The notes: generated from the letters alone by a model not told the origin. Positions 43,480 through 53,051 are shown, counted from the first letter of the stretch. The stretch is 56,778 nucleotides of DNA from Candidatus Poribacteria bacterium (GCA_012270875.1 JAAXHI010000253.1:1-56778), one strand, 5' to 3'. Numbers and translations are program-made.

Positions 43480-45678
43480 CTACACTGCCTTGAGTTTTCG
43501 CCAGAGGGTTGTACGACTGATCCCCAAACGTTGTGCAGCGAGTTGTGGCTTTCCATCAGACTCGTCCAAAACCCGTTGGACTAATTCACGTTCTAATGCG
43601 GCAAGCGGGTTACTTTCCCTGAGTGCCTGCGTAACAATATCGTCTCTCGACGAAATAAGATCGAGCGGTAAAGGTTGCTTTTCAATGCTTCCTCCCTGAC
43701 ATTTGACGAATGCATGCTCTATGATATTCTCCAACTCTCGCACATTGCCGGGGTAGGTATAATCCATTAGGATTTCAAGGGCATCGGGTGAGATGCGATG
43801 AATGGACTTTTGGGTCTGTTGACTAAATTTTTCGATGAAGTGTTCAATAAGGAGTGGGATGTCATCACGTCTTTCGCGGAGTGGCGGCGGCGTAATTGGG
43901 ACGACGTTGAGCCTGTAGTATAAATCCTCGCGGAAACGTCCGGCATCAATCTCTGTCTTCAGGATTCGATTTGTTGCTGCAATGACGCGGACATCTACTT
44001 TCTTTGTCTCAGTTGAACCGACCCTTTCATATTCGCCTTCTTGCAAGACGCGGAGCAACTTTGCTTGTGTTCCGAGACTTAATTCGCCGATTTCATCAAG
44101 AAAAAGGGTGCCGCCGTTCGCAGCTGCGAACCGTCCTTCGCGCGTTGCGATGGCATCGGTAAACGCCCCTTTAACATGTCCGAAGAGTTCACTCTCCAGC
44201 AAATTGTCAACTAAACCAGCGCAATTGACACGGATGAAGGGTTTTTTTGCCCGCTCGCTATTGTAGTGGATGGCGTGGGCAATCGGTTCTTTGCCAGTAC
44301 CGCTTTCACCTTGAATCAGGACAGTCGTTTTCATGGGTGCGACGAGTTGGATTAACTCGAAGATCTCCTGCATTTTTCGATTCTTTCCGATGAGATTCGC
44401 AAACGAATGGCGCGCCTTGAGTTGGGCACTGAGTGCCCGTACCTCCGAGAGATCGCGGGCGAACCCCTGGATGAATTCTTGATCGTCGTACGCAATTCGG
44501 ATCGCGCGAATCTCCAAAGGTAGGCGGCTTTTATTTTTACGGGACAGTTCAGTTTGGAAGGTAATGGGGTTCTGTTGGTCGAGTTTTTTCAGCGTTTCGT
44601 AGGTGCTTTGGAATTCATCGGGAGGCATTAGGTCGTGCAGTGACAGATTGACGAGTTCTTGGTGTGTGTAACCGAGCCATGCACAGAAATTTTCGTTTAC
44701 GGTAACAAACGCTTCTGTCAGTGATGGAGAAATGAAGATTGCGTCGTTGGACATCTCAAAAAGTGTGCGGTATCGTTTGTTATTTTCGGCGAGTTTGTCT
44801 GTCCAATCCCCTTTTTCAATAAGAATTGAGAGTTGTCCGGCAATGGGTTTGAGTCGTCCAATATGTGCCTCGGAGAACGCTCGGGGTTTTTCACTGGTGA
44901 AAAAGACGACACCAATCGGTTTACCCTGCACCTTGAGTGGAAGGGTCAGATTGGATCGCATCCCTTCTTGAACCATCAGTCGTGTCCAGTTTGTCGGTCT
45001 TTTTGCGAGAATTTCCTTAAAATCGTCAATAATCCGTGCTTCACCTGAATTGAGGATAGGTTCAAGGCTTGACCCCTTGATTTTTGCTGAGAACCCGTTG
45101 TCCAACAAGATTTTCCTGTTGGATTTCGTTTTGCACTGCACTAAATCACCGGAGGCTTCGTCAATGAGTGCGATACCTAACCGGTTATGCGGCACTATGT
45201 TCTGAAGTCCAGCGTGGATGTTTTCAAAGACTTCATCGAGTGTCTTTCCGAGCTGAATCTGCTCAAGGATTTCATAGACCTGATCGGTGCCAAGGGTTTG
45301 GTTAAAAAGGGTATCTTCCAGCCTGTTGTTTGCTGTTGCTTCAGGCGTAATTGCGATCTGAAGGGTATCTCCATGAAGCCGGAGTGGATAGGTTCGGAGG
45401 TTCGGCGTGGTAATCGGGCATCCACTTTTCAGGTCGTATTGCCAACCGTGCCACGGGCAGGTGATGCGGTGATCTTCCAATACGCCTTCGTTGAGGGGTC
45501 CGCCCTGATGCGGACAAGTGTTATTGATAGCGTAAAATTCTTCGCCTGCGTTGAAGATCGCGATGTCTTCACCGTCACATTTGACGAGGATATTCTGGCC
45601 GGGTCCAATTTCAGATGCTTTGGCAATATTAATCCACTTCACGATTTCCCTCCACGCGTGCGCAGGATTTGTTACCAT
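43480..45678 (-). CDS. Sigma-54-dependent transcriptional activator with an N-terminal Rieske [2Fe-2S] domain (Rieske-GAF-PAS-AAA+-Fis HTH)
   Basis: The Rieske ligands lie in CPHQGG...(16)...CPWHGW (aa 55-77). AAA+ motifs are GESGTGKE, ESELFGH, GAFTDA and FLDEIGE. The C-terminal HTH is AAQRLGISRTTLWRKLK. Confidence 0.9.
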   Translation of the reverse strand: MVTNPAHAWREIVKWINIAKASEIGPGQNILVKCDGEDIAIFNAGEEFYAINNTCPHQGGPLNEGVLEDHRITCPWHGWQYDLKSGCPITTPNLRTYPLRLHGDTLQIAITPEATANNRLEDTLFNQTLGTDQVYEILEQIQLGKTLDEVFENIHAGLQNIVPHNRLGIALIDEASGDLVQCKTKSNRKILLDNGFSAKIKGSSLEPILNSGEARIIDDFKEILAKRPTNWTRLMVQEGMRSNLTLPLKVQGKPIGVVFFTSEKPRAFSEAHIGRLKPIAGQLSILIEKGDWTDKLAENNKRYRTLFEMSNDAIFISPSLTEAFVTVNENFCAWLGYTHQELVNLSLHDLMPPDEFQSTYETLKKLDQQNPITFQTELSRKNKSRLPLEIRAIRIAYDDQEFIQGFARDLSEVRALSAQLKARHSFANLIGKNRKMQEIFELIQLVAPMKTTVLIQGESGTGKEPIAHAIHYNSERAKKPFIRVNCAGLVDNLLESELFGHVKGAFTDAIATREGRFAAANGGTLFLDEIGELSLGTQAKLLRVLQEGEYERVGSTETKKVDVRVIAATNRILKTEIDAGRFREDLYYRLNVVPITPPPLRERRDDIPLLIEHFIEKFSQQTQKSIHRISPDALEILMDYTYPGNVRELENIIEHAFVKCQGGSIEKQPLPLDLISSRDDIVTQALRESNPLAALERELVQRVLDESDGKPQLAAQRLGISRTTLWRKLKAV

Positions 45679-45724
45679 ATAAGTTACAGTTTATCATATC
45701 GTGAGGCGGATGTCAAGTGTTTTG

Positions 45725-45756
45725 TTTCATAAATGAAAAACGTTTCATTTGTGAAA
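45725..45756. promoter_or_regulatory. Two adjacent palindromes, candidate upstream activator sequence for the EBP
   Basis: TTTCATAAATGAAA (45725-45738) and TTTCATTTGTGAAA (45743-45756) lie about 150 bp upstream of the -24/-12 element. Confidence 0.45.
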
Positions 45757-45892
45757 TAACCCTTATTTTCAGGTTTCCTAAGCAATTGGTTCGGGTTTTG
45801 TTTCAGATTTGAAATATATCCGTAAAATCTGAAATTTCGTTCTAACCCATAAAACGCTGATATACCGCAATTGTACCCAGGTTCCGAACATT

Positions 45893-45907
45893 TGGCACAA
45901 AACTTGC
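45893..45907 (+). promoter_or_regulatory. Sigma-54 (-24/-12) promoter
   Basis: TGGCAC-aaaac-TTGC has exact consensus spacing. It lies about 85 nt upstream of the VOC gene and is divergent from the EBP gene. Confidence 0.75.
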
Positions 45908-45990
45908 GATGCTATTAACGTGAGTTTCGTATTTGTACCGCAAACTTTTAGTTTGCGACTTATTAGACACAATCTAAGGAGGATTAAGAA

Positions 45991-46401
45991 ATGAACCGTT
46001 ATTTTGAACACGCTAACATGACCGTGAACGACCTTGAAAAAGCGATCGATTTTCTAACAACTGCCTTTCCAGATTTTCGAGTTAGAGGCGGTGGTGATAA
46101 TGCGAACGGAACGAAATGGTGTCATCTTGGGACTGACGATTTTTACATTGCGCTATCAGACCGCGAGCATCCGTTCACAGGTGAGTGTAAAGGGAGGCGT
46201 GTGAACCATCTCGGTTTTGCTGTTGATGATGCTGAAGGTATCAGGGAACGTTTGCTGGCTGCCGGATATAAAGAGGGGTATAAAGTTGGACCGCATCCCC
46301 ACCGAAAACGCATCTATTTCGTTGATGCGGACGGTTTTGAATGGGAGTTCGTCGAGTACTTCACGGATGATCCAGCGAAACGGAACGATTATTCACAGTG
46401 A
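45991..46401 (+). CDS. VOC (glyoxalase / bleomycin-resistance / dioxygenase) family protein
   Basis: It shows a beta-alpha-beta-beta-beta module pattern. FEHANMTVNDLEKAIDF, VNHLGFAVDD and FEWEFVEY are present. A TAAGGAGG RBS precedes it. Confidence 0.8.
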   Translation: MNRYFEHANMTVNDLEKAIDFLTTAFPDFRVRGGGDNANGTKWCHLGTDDFYIALSDREHPFTGECKGRRVNHLGFAVDDAEGIRERLLAAGYKEGYKVGPHPHRKRIYFVDADGFEWEFVEYFTDDPAKRNDYSQ

Positions 46402-46437
46402 GAATAACTTTCGTTAGGAAGGCAGTGCTTATTAAGA

Positions 46438-46478
46438 CTTGTAGGGTTCAGGCGTGGTGCTTGCCCTACAAGTTTTTT
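46438..46478 (+). terminator. Rho-independent terminator
   Basis: A 9-bp stem CTTGTAGGG / CCCTACAAG is followed by T6. It lies between convergent genes. Confidence 0.8.
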
Positions 46479-46539
46479 GCAGTGTTGATGTCCGAATTAA
46501 GGTGTTATCTTACACCCTTCTGTGTTTAACAGATACGTA

Positions 46540-48396
46540 TTACTTCTGTATCAACATCTTACGCGTAGCGGTAAAATCGCCTGTGGTAAATGTGTAGAAA
46601 TAGACACCACTTGCTACAGGTTCACCGACTGCGTTTTTGCCATCCCAATACGCCGCACGGGAACGGTTCTGATACATCCCCGCAGGTTGATGTCCAAGCG
46701 TCAACATCCGCACTAATGTGCCGTTCACCGCATAGATATGTAGTGTAACATCCGTATCTTTCGCTAAGTGATAAGGTATCCACGTCTCAGGGTTGAACGG
46801 ATTGGGGTAGTTGGCAAGCAGTGCTGTCTCTTTCGGGGTTAACGCTATAAGGAATTGTTGTAAGAACAGGATACCGCGTTGAGACATTGTATCTGTGAGA
46901 TCCAATTGCTGTGCAGTGGATAGCCACTGTTTGACATCTGTAGCAGTGAGTGTTTCTAAGGCTTGAGGATGTAGAGAAGGTGCGGCGGCACTTGTGCCCA
47001 ATGCGCCAGCGACCAAGACGAGATCCGCAATGTTGACTTGTCCATCATTGTTAATATCTGCAGCATTCTGTCCTGTCTCGCCGAGATTTGCGGCGACCAA
47101 CACCAAATCCGCGATGTTAACAACACCATCACCGTTCACATCGCCTTTGAGTTTAGTGGGTTCAGTTATTTCGGCGTTTTCAACCTGAGGCGCAAACGTC
47201 TCCCCTGCGCTGTTTGAAAACAGCACATCAGATAAGGTTAGAGTGGATGCCTTCACGGTGATAACTTCAAAGGTAAGCGTTGCGAGGATACCATCTCCAC
47301 TAACCTCATCGGCGAGAGATGCAGCGTTGAGTCGGACGAGATTACCCTCCACTTCCGGTTCGACAAAGAACGCACCTGCAGGCAAAAAATCACCATTCAC
47401 ACCTGAAACAAAGCGGAGGGCAGTATCATCAAACTGCACGGTTGCCTGATAGCCTGCGACATTTTCGCCGTTAGCGATTTTCAGAGACAATTTGAGTTGT
47501 TGACCGATATTAGGGGACTGCACACTTTCAGGCAAGAGACTCACCGTATCTGATCGGTCTCCTGTATCATTACTAATAGAGATCCCCATTTCTGTTGTGA
47601 TCGCTTCAACAAACCTTTTATCTTCGGTGTCCACAGCATCATACCATTCCTTCATATATTCCGACATCTTCGCGTTTGAAGCTGGAATTTTCCTAACAGC
47701 ATTCCACGCCTCGGGGTTTTCTTCAAAGATTGGCAGAAACTTATAAGAAAGTTGTGAAACTCTTGCGTAAGTAAAAGCACCAGCCTGTTTGTGCCGCATA
47801 GGTTCTTCCCATCTTGCCAACCATTCACCGCCAGTCCCCGAGTATTGAACTGCCGGTCTATTCATCAAGTCATTTGCGTAGTTTGTGAGATTATGCCTCC
47901 AATCCACCCAGTTTGGATAAGGTGCTCGGTATGCCCAAGTTTCACCCATTTTCCTGATGACCCATAAAGTAGCAAGTTCACAAATCGCCTCTTGAAACCA
48001 ATAATTTGAGTTATTAGGTGTAATTCGATGAATTTTATCGTGATTTTGCATGATATGACAGAATTCATGCCCAAACTGATAAGAGAATTGTGCCCAATAT
48101 GTGTTTGTCACATTCAATCCGATTTTATATTCATCTGGACCACCTCCAAAGGCACTTCTATAATAAGCAATGGGACCACCAGAACGATAGGCTATCGTTA
48201 ATCTGCCATTAACTTTATGTGCGTCTCTGAGTTGTTCCTGAAAATGCAAAGCAACATTTTCGCATAACTTTTTAATATTTGAAGTCGGAGCCGTTCCCCA
48301 ACCTCCATTAGGTTCAACTGTTATATTTAAATCAGCAAAACTTATAACAGGCAATAGCAATATTAAAAATACAGAAAGAACATATTTTGACTTCAT
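46540..48396 (-). CDS. Secreted multidomain protein: HExxH metallopeptidase-like N-domain, cohesin-like domain, 2 dockerin-type repeats, T9SS/FlgD-Ig-like C-terminal sorting domain
   Basis: It has a signal peptide (MKSKYVLSVFLILLLPVISFA). HEFCH is present. The dockerin repeats are GDVNGDGVVNIADLVLVAANLG and DINNDGQVNIADLVLVAGALG. The C-terminus reads NYPNPFNPETWIPY...GVYFYTF. Confidence 0.75.
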   Translation of the reverse strand: MKSKYVLSVFLILLLPVISFADLNITVEPNGGWGTAPTSNIKKLCENVALHFQEQLRDAHKVNGRLTIAYRSGGPIAYYRSAFGGGPDEYKIGLNVTNTYWAQFSYQFGHEFCHIMQNHDKIHRITPNNSNYWFQEAICELATLWVIRKMGETWAYRAPYPNWVDWRHNLTNYANDLMNRPAVQYSGTGGEWLARWEEPMRHKQAGAFTYARVSQLSYKFLPIFEENPEAWNAVRKIPASNAKMSEYMKEWYDAVDTEDKRFVEAITTEMGISISNDTGDRSDTVSLLPESVQSPNIGQQLKLSLKIANGENVAGYQATVQFDDTALRFVSGVNGDFLPAGAFFVEPEVEGNLVRLNAASLADEVSGDGILATLTFEVITVKASTLTLSDVLFSNSAGETFAPQVENAEITEPTKLKGDVNGDGVVNIADLVLVAANLGETGQNAADINNDGQVNIADLVLVAGALGTSAAAPSLHPQALETLTATDVKQWLSTAQQLDLTDTMSQRGILFLQQFLIALTPKETALLANYPNPFNPETWIPYHLAKDTDVTLHIYAVNGTLVRMLTLGHQPAGMYQNRSRAAYWDGKNAVGEPVASGVYFYTFTTGDFTATRKMLIQK

Positions 48397-48471
48397 AATA
48401 CATTTCCTATAGTTCTTTTTAGGATTTACGCGATAATGTTGACATAATCTCATAGAAGGGTAACATTATAC

Positions 48472-48635
48472 TGCCATTGGAAATTTAGACCACTCTCTAA
48501 ACCAAGATTGTGATGCAATAATAATCTAACTGAAAGGAGTATCCGATGGGCAAATGCAGAAGATTCACCGCAGCGTTTAAAGCGACAGTTGTTCTTGAGG
48601 CACTCAGTGGCGAAAGTTCACAAGCAGAACTGTGA
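48472..48635 (+). mobile_element. IS3-family remnant: terminal-repeat-like sequence plus the first 29 codons of orfA
   Basis: MGKCRRFTAAFKATVVLEALSGESSQAEL* resembles the HTH_Tnp_1 N-terminus. The upstream TGCCA-N6-ATTTAGACCA is shared with the IS end at 56643. Confidence 0.6.
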
Positions 48636-48672
48636 ATGCGTTAGGTGCTGCTTCGCCAACAACCTGCCCGGC

Positions 48673-50490
48673 TCAATCTCCGTCAATAGACCAGGTGCAG
48701 TTGATATGACTGTCCTTGTAAAATTGCTTCAGGGCAGGCTTATCAAACCACAACTGAATCTCTTTGCCGATAATATGCCCGACGCTGCTGACTTTGAGAT
48801 AAAGTCCACCGGCTGTCCATTCGGGCATGATGTTATATTGTCCCGTTTGTGCGGCGTAGATGCTGAGCAGTGCCAGCGGCTCCATGGCATCGAGGTTTGC
48901 GGTTCTATGGGTGTCCTGCAGAAGTTCAGCCACGCTTTTCCCTTCATGTCCCTCTTGTAGTTCCGGTTTATCCATGACCTTATTCTGGAGGATAAAGTCG
49001 TCTTCGAGCGTAAAAAGACCGCTATCGGCGTGTTGTCTACTTTGGAGTAGGTTGTCCCCTACTCGCTCCGCCATTGCCAGAAATTCTGCTTTCGGTTCTA
49101 CACGGTACAGATCCACCAGTGCGAAGATATAAGCGGGTTCCAGAGCAGTTGTATCAAAATTCAACAACGTTGGAGAGTTCTTATCAGCACCGATGTCTCC
49201 AAGTCCGAAGGCTTTGAACATAGTTCGGAGGTAGTCTCTAAACGCCGTTTTGCCCCCGGAGACCCGATAGCCACGCGCACAGACGGAGGTAAAGAGCGGT
49301 GTAATGTTTTGCGGTAGAAACGCACCGCCTTCTTTCGCCCCAAAGTATAACTTCGCATCTCTGAAAGGTCCCTGTATCCGAAAACCTGTGAGATCCGTCC
49401 CATCAATAACGATGCTTTTCAGCGTATTGTTTTTCGGATCGTAAGAAGCGTCTAAGAAACCGATGATGTGTTGTTCAACTGCTTCTTTGATATGCGCCAT
49501 TTCGCCGACACGCCCATATTTTTCGGCGTTTTCTACGATTGTCAGCATCCCCATCATCTGGGTAATGGTGTGGTTCAACTGATTGCCTACATAGACCCGT
49601 GGTTCGGTTGCTTGCGGATATTTTCTGCCGAATACGTTCAGCCCGCGTTTGCTGCTTTGCGGATGCACCAGATTCGGCCAGATACCGGTCTCTGGATCCC
49701 GCTGTTTTATAATCAGATTCAAGAGGCGTTCCGCCCAAACCCGCGGTGCCTCCTCCTGTTTTTGGTAGCCCAAGTTGTAGCCTGCGTAAGCCAGATCCAG
49801 TGCCACGCTGATAAACGAGAGATCTCCGCTAATGTTGGGTGCTTTGTACCCGTTCCAAGGTCTGTTCCAAGTATTGGCATGATCGACCTGTTTTTTGAAA
49901 TCGCCGTGCCGATTGTAGTGTAAGGCATCCCAATCCTTAATATTTGATTCCCAAATCCCTTTCATCAACATCTCGCCACGGGCGGGGTTCACGGCTCTCA
50001 GCAATTCCCAGTACGGATATACGTCCTCTATTTCGTGGACAACGCCTTTCATCCCGTACCGATTACCGGTTACCAAGTCCACATAGCCGTGTCCGCCCCA
50101 ATGTAGAACGCCACTCTCTGGATACCAGTAGTGGTTGAACATGTAATCGGCGGCTTCTCCCGCGGCATAGACGTATTTGCTGTCTCCAGTGAATTGGCTT
50201 AAAGAGGCGAGCAACCGCATCAGGTTCTGCTGATTTTGGAAGAAACTCCAGACCGCTGGTTTCGGCTCAGTGCCGGAGCGATGAGATGTCATTGATCTGG
50301 GTGCTTTTAGATGGTCGGTATGGAGACAATCGGCAAAGAGGGGCATATCTGTGCCGCTGTATCTGTCTCTGCCGTATTCTATGGCTGTCCCCGCGAAGAG
50401 GCTGGCGGCTTTTAGGAAGCGGTTATTATCTATTTCGTCGGGATGCAATCGGTCTCTGCGAATCCATTGATCCAATCGATTAATGCGCAT
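48673..50490 (-). CDS. Hypothetical 605-aa protein (possibly an alpha/alpha-toroid polysaccharide lyase or hydrolase-like enzyme)
   Basis: It is a long uninterrupted ORF with no signal peptide. I see no diagnostic motif, and the function guess rests only on composition and context. Confidence 0.6.
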   Translation of the reverse strand: MRINRLDQWIRRDRLHPDEIDNNRFLKAASLFAGTAIEYGRDRYSGTDMPLFADCLHTDHLKAPRSMTSHRSGTEPKPAVWSFFQNQQNLMRLLASLSQFTGDSKYVYAAGEAADYMFNHYWYPESGVLHWGGHGYVDLVTGNRYGMKGVVHEIEDVYPYWELLRAVNPARGEMLMKGIWESNIKDWDALHYNRHGDFKKQVDHANTWNRPWNGYKAPNISGDLSFISVALDLAYAGYNLGYQKQEEAPRVWAERLLNLIIKQRDPETGIWPNLVHPQSSKRGLNVFGRKYPQATEPRVYVGNQLNHTITQMMGMLTIVENAEKYGRVGEMAHIKEAVEQHIIGFLDASYDPKNNTLKSIVIDGTDLTGFRIQGPFRDAKLYFGAKEGGAFLPQNITPLFTSVCARGYRVSGGKTAFRDYLRTMFKAFGLGDIGADKNSPTLLNFDTTALEPAYIFALVDLYRVEPKAEFLAMAERVGDNLLQSRQHADSGLFTLEDDFILQNKVMDKPELQEGHEGKSVAELLQDTHRTANLDAMEPLALLSIYAAQTGQYNIMPEWTAGGLYLKVSSVGHIIGKEIQLWFDKPALKQFYKDSHINCTWSIDGD

Positions 50491-50548
50491 ATACCCTCCA
50501 TGATACTTTGCCTGTTTCTTTCTCGGTTAATGTTGGGATTATGTTATC

Positions 50549-51313
50549 TCATGCGGGTTTAACTGCCGCCACCTTAACGCTTGCGACTTCCACCTGACGC
50601 ATTTTCGCATAGGCTGATTTACTGAGAACCTGAACATCCTCAAATCCAGCTTGGCGAATGGCATCTAAATACTGGTCTTCCGGCAACGCGCCTGAAATAC
50701 AACTCACCCACGCGCTTACCGCGGCTTTTGCCCACCTGGGCATGTTGTTGGCAACCATATCGGACACTACCAATTTACCACCCGGTTTGAGGACACGGTA
50801 GGCTTCTTTAAAAACCTTATCCTTATCTGGCGACAGACAGATCACGCAATTGGAAATGATCCAATCCACACTTTTATCTTCAACAGGCATCGATTCGATC
50901 TCACCCAAACGGAAATCGACATTTTTCGCACCAGTCTCCTCAGCATTCTGTTGCGCCTTCTCGATCATCTCAGGTGTCATATCAATCCCGATCGCTCTGC
51001 CGTTTTTACCGACAAGCTGCGATGCGAGGAACACATCAATCCCGGCACCTGATCCGAGATCGACTACAATGTCGCCTTCCTGAACGTCTGCATATTCCAG
51101 TGGATTCCCGCAACCGAAGGAATGTTCAGCAGCATCAGTCGGAATGCTGGAAATCTGTGCTTCGGTGTAGCCATTCTTTTCTGCTGGACTGTTCGTCGGG
51201 GTATCCGGACAACAGTCGGTAAGTGACGAACAGCACGATTCATCGGTTTTTATACTACTGGCATAATGTTTACGAACAGACGCTTTAATCTGTTCCACAT
51301 TGTGTTGTTTCAT
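50549..51313 (-). CDS. arsM: Arsenite S-adenosylmethionine methyltransferase-like (ArsM / class I SAM MTase)
   Basis: The SAM motif is VVDLGSGAGIDV. ISNCVICLSPDK is present, and N-terminal Cys pairs occur in CCSSLTDCC. Confidence 0.8.
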   Translation of the reverse strand: MKQHNVEQIKASVRKHYASSIKTDESCCSSLTDCCPDTPTNSPAEKNGYTEAQISSIPTDAAEHSFGCGNPLEYADVQEGDIVVDLGSGAGIDVFLASQLVGKNGRAIGIDMTPEMIEKAQQNAEETGAKNVDFRLGEIESMPVEDKSVDWIISNCVICLSPDKDKVFKEAYRVLKPGGKLVVSDMVANNMPRWAKAAVSAWVSCISGALPEDQYLDAIRQAGFEDVQVLSKSAYAKMRQVEVASVKVAAVKPA

Positions 51314-51354
51314 GATTTTCCTCCAAAATGAAGTGTTGTTTCTTTCAATCTAAC

Positions 51355-52734
51355 TTAACTTTGTGTTGATTTAATCTTTTTCGTCCATGCGATCACGGCG
51401 GCTCCGAACACGGCGAAGCCGAAGAACGTAAAGGGCATCTGCCATAACAGAAAACTCATGTGCGTATGGATGTACGAGTGTGCTTTGAAGATGACGTGCC
51501 ACGATAGCGGTGCCAGAATTGAGAACCATGTCGTCCAGATTAATGCAATATAGTGCGGTCGTCGCTCTGCCAGTATCTCTTTATTGCTACGTAAGAACAG
51601 CATCACAGACATCACAACGAAGAGAACGATCAGATAATAATAGCGGACTTTCAATAGGAAGTTAGAGACGAAAGTGCTTGCGTGAGAAAGATAGTTGTTG
51701 AGATCAAAGAAAATGCCGTTCATGTAGGTAATGACCACGCCTATCGTTCCTGCTTCCAGACTGGCAGCATATACGGGTGGATAGTCTTTTGCATTTGCAT
51801 ACGTGCGCTTTCCAAAAGACCAGACTATATGCTCAACCCCATCCATAAACCCATCTTTAGCGGCACCGATCTGGAAACATAACATTATGAAACTCAAAAA
51901 AATGGCTACGCCTGATCCGAGTCCGGCTGCAAGCGTCCATTTCACGGATTGGCGACCGCTCCACTTGTCGAGGATAACATAATAGACGAACGGCACCATC
52001 ATCATTATCAGCGTAGTTGTAATATACTCATAGCCGTTGATGAAACACTTGATGGAAACTGCGATGAAGATCAGGATTCCAAATCTGATGAACTGACGAT
52101 CTGCGGGAACTCTATGGCGTTTGAGGTAGTACATGACAGCAATCATCGGCAGATAGAATGCCCATAGACTCCACCAAAGATTTTTACCAAAGACTGTCAA
52201 CCATTGGGAGAGCACTGCCGAACCGATAACGAATATCGCTACCCACCCGCCGAACTCTTCGTAGAACCAACCTACGATGAATGTCAACGCGCCTGCAGAA
52301 AGTAAAGCCGTCAATATATAAAATAACGTTAATTTGGTTTGAGGCGATAGTGGAATGAGTCTATCAAGTAGACTAAAAACTATCCCTTGCCCTGCAGGTT
52401 GGGACATATATGTTGAGAATTTATCGAAGGAAAGCTTGTAAAGATAGGCTGTATATTGGGGTCCCCGTTCTGTTGAAGGTATCCATTCTGCATCCGTACT
52501 TTTCGTTGTACCCCAACCGTTCAGACCCCCCGCTGAGAAGATACCATCTTGGCGAGATTTGACCATTCTTCCCATGACATGTGCTTCGGTGTCTTTCTGA
52601 TGATTGTCAAACCACTGTTGTTCAGCCACACGCCATAGATTCGTGTAAAATCCGAAGAATAGGAGTAGCGTTGACACTACCCAGATGGCGATCTTCCTTA
52701 TGGATTCTGGTTGTCTGAGTTGTTTTAATTTCAT
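51355..52734 (-). CDS. Polytopic membrane protein (459 aa), unknown function (possibly GT-C-like)
   Basis: It has about 12 hydrophobic segments and no diagnostic motif. Confidence 0.7.
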   Translation of the reverse strand: MKLKQLRQPESIRKIAIWVVSTLLLFFGFYTNLWRVAEQQWFDNHQKDTEAHVMGRMVKSRQDGIFSAGGLNGWGTTKSTDAEWIPSTERGPQYTAYLYKLSFDKFSTYMSQPAGQGIVFSLLDRLIPLSPQTKLTLFYILTALLSAGALTFIVGWFYEEFGGWVAIFVIGSAVLSQWLTVFGKNLWWSLWAFYLPMIAVMYYLKRHRVPADRQFIRFGILIFIAVSIKCFINGYEYITTTLIMMMVPFVYYVILDKWSGRQSVKWTLAAGLGSGVAIFLSFIMLCFQIGAAKDGFMDGVEHIVWSFGKRTYANAKDYPPVYAASLEAGTIGVVITYMNGIFFDLNNYLSHASTFVSNFLLKVRYYYLIVLFVVMSVMLFLRSNKEILAERRPHYIALIWTTWFSILAPLSWHVIFKAHSYIHTHMSFLLWQMPFTFFGFAVFGAAVIAWTKKIKSTQS

Positions 52735-52820
52735 CTTGTTAGCTTAAATTTCCTTGTGCTTTATCCGCTAAATATGATATACTTAAATTTGCACTAAGCA
52801 ATAGTCTTAGGCAGTGCCGC

Positions 52821-52849
52821 GGTTCGGGAGGATGGCAACCTCCCGAACC
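52821..52849. repeat. 11-bp perfect-stem hairpin related to the Family-B core
   Basis: GGTTCGGGAGG-atggcaa-CCTCCCGAACC lies in a divergent intergenic region. Confidence 0.7.
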
Positions 52850-53051
52850 ACTCATAAACAAACCTCCACCTGCTGCGTAAGCCCTGAAATTCTTAATCTT
52901 CATGGTACTCCGCCATAACCTCTAAGTGATTGCATATCTTACTATAGTTGCGTATACGGGTTGTATTCTTTTCCAACGATGTGGTAGTATTATACTATAT
53001 TTTGTCATCTAAGCCAACAGAAAAAGAGGTAAGGGTTTCAACCTAAGATCC

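Noticed and set aside
52821-52849. An 11-bp perfect hairpin considered as a terminator.
   Set aside because: It lies between divergently transcribed genes, so nothing terminates there, and it has no U-tract. I recorded it as a repeat related to the Family-B core.
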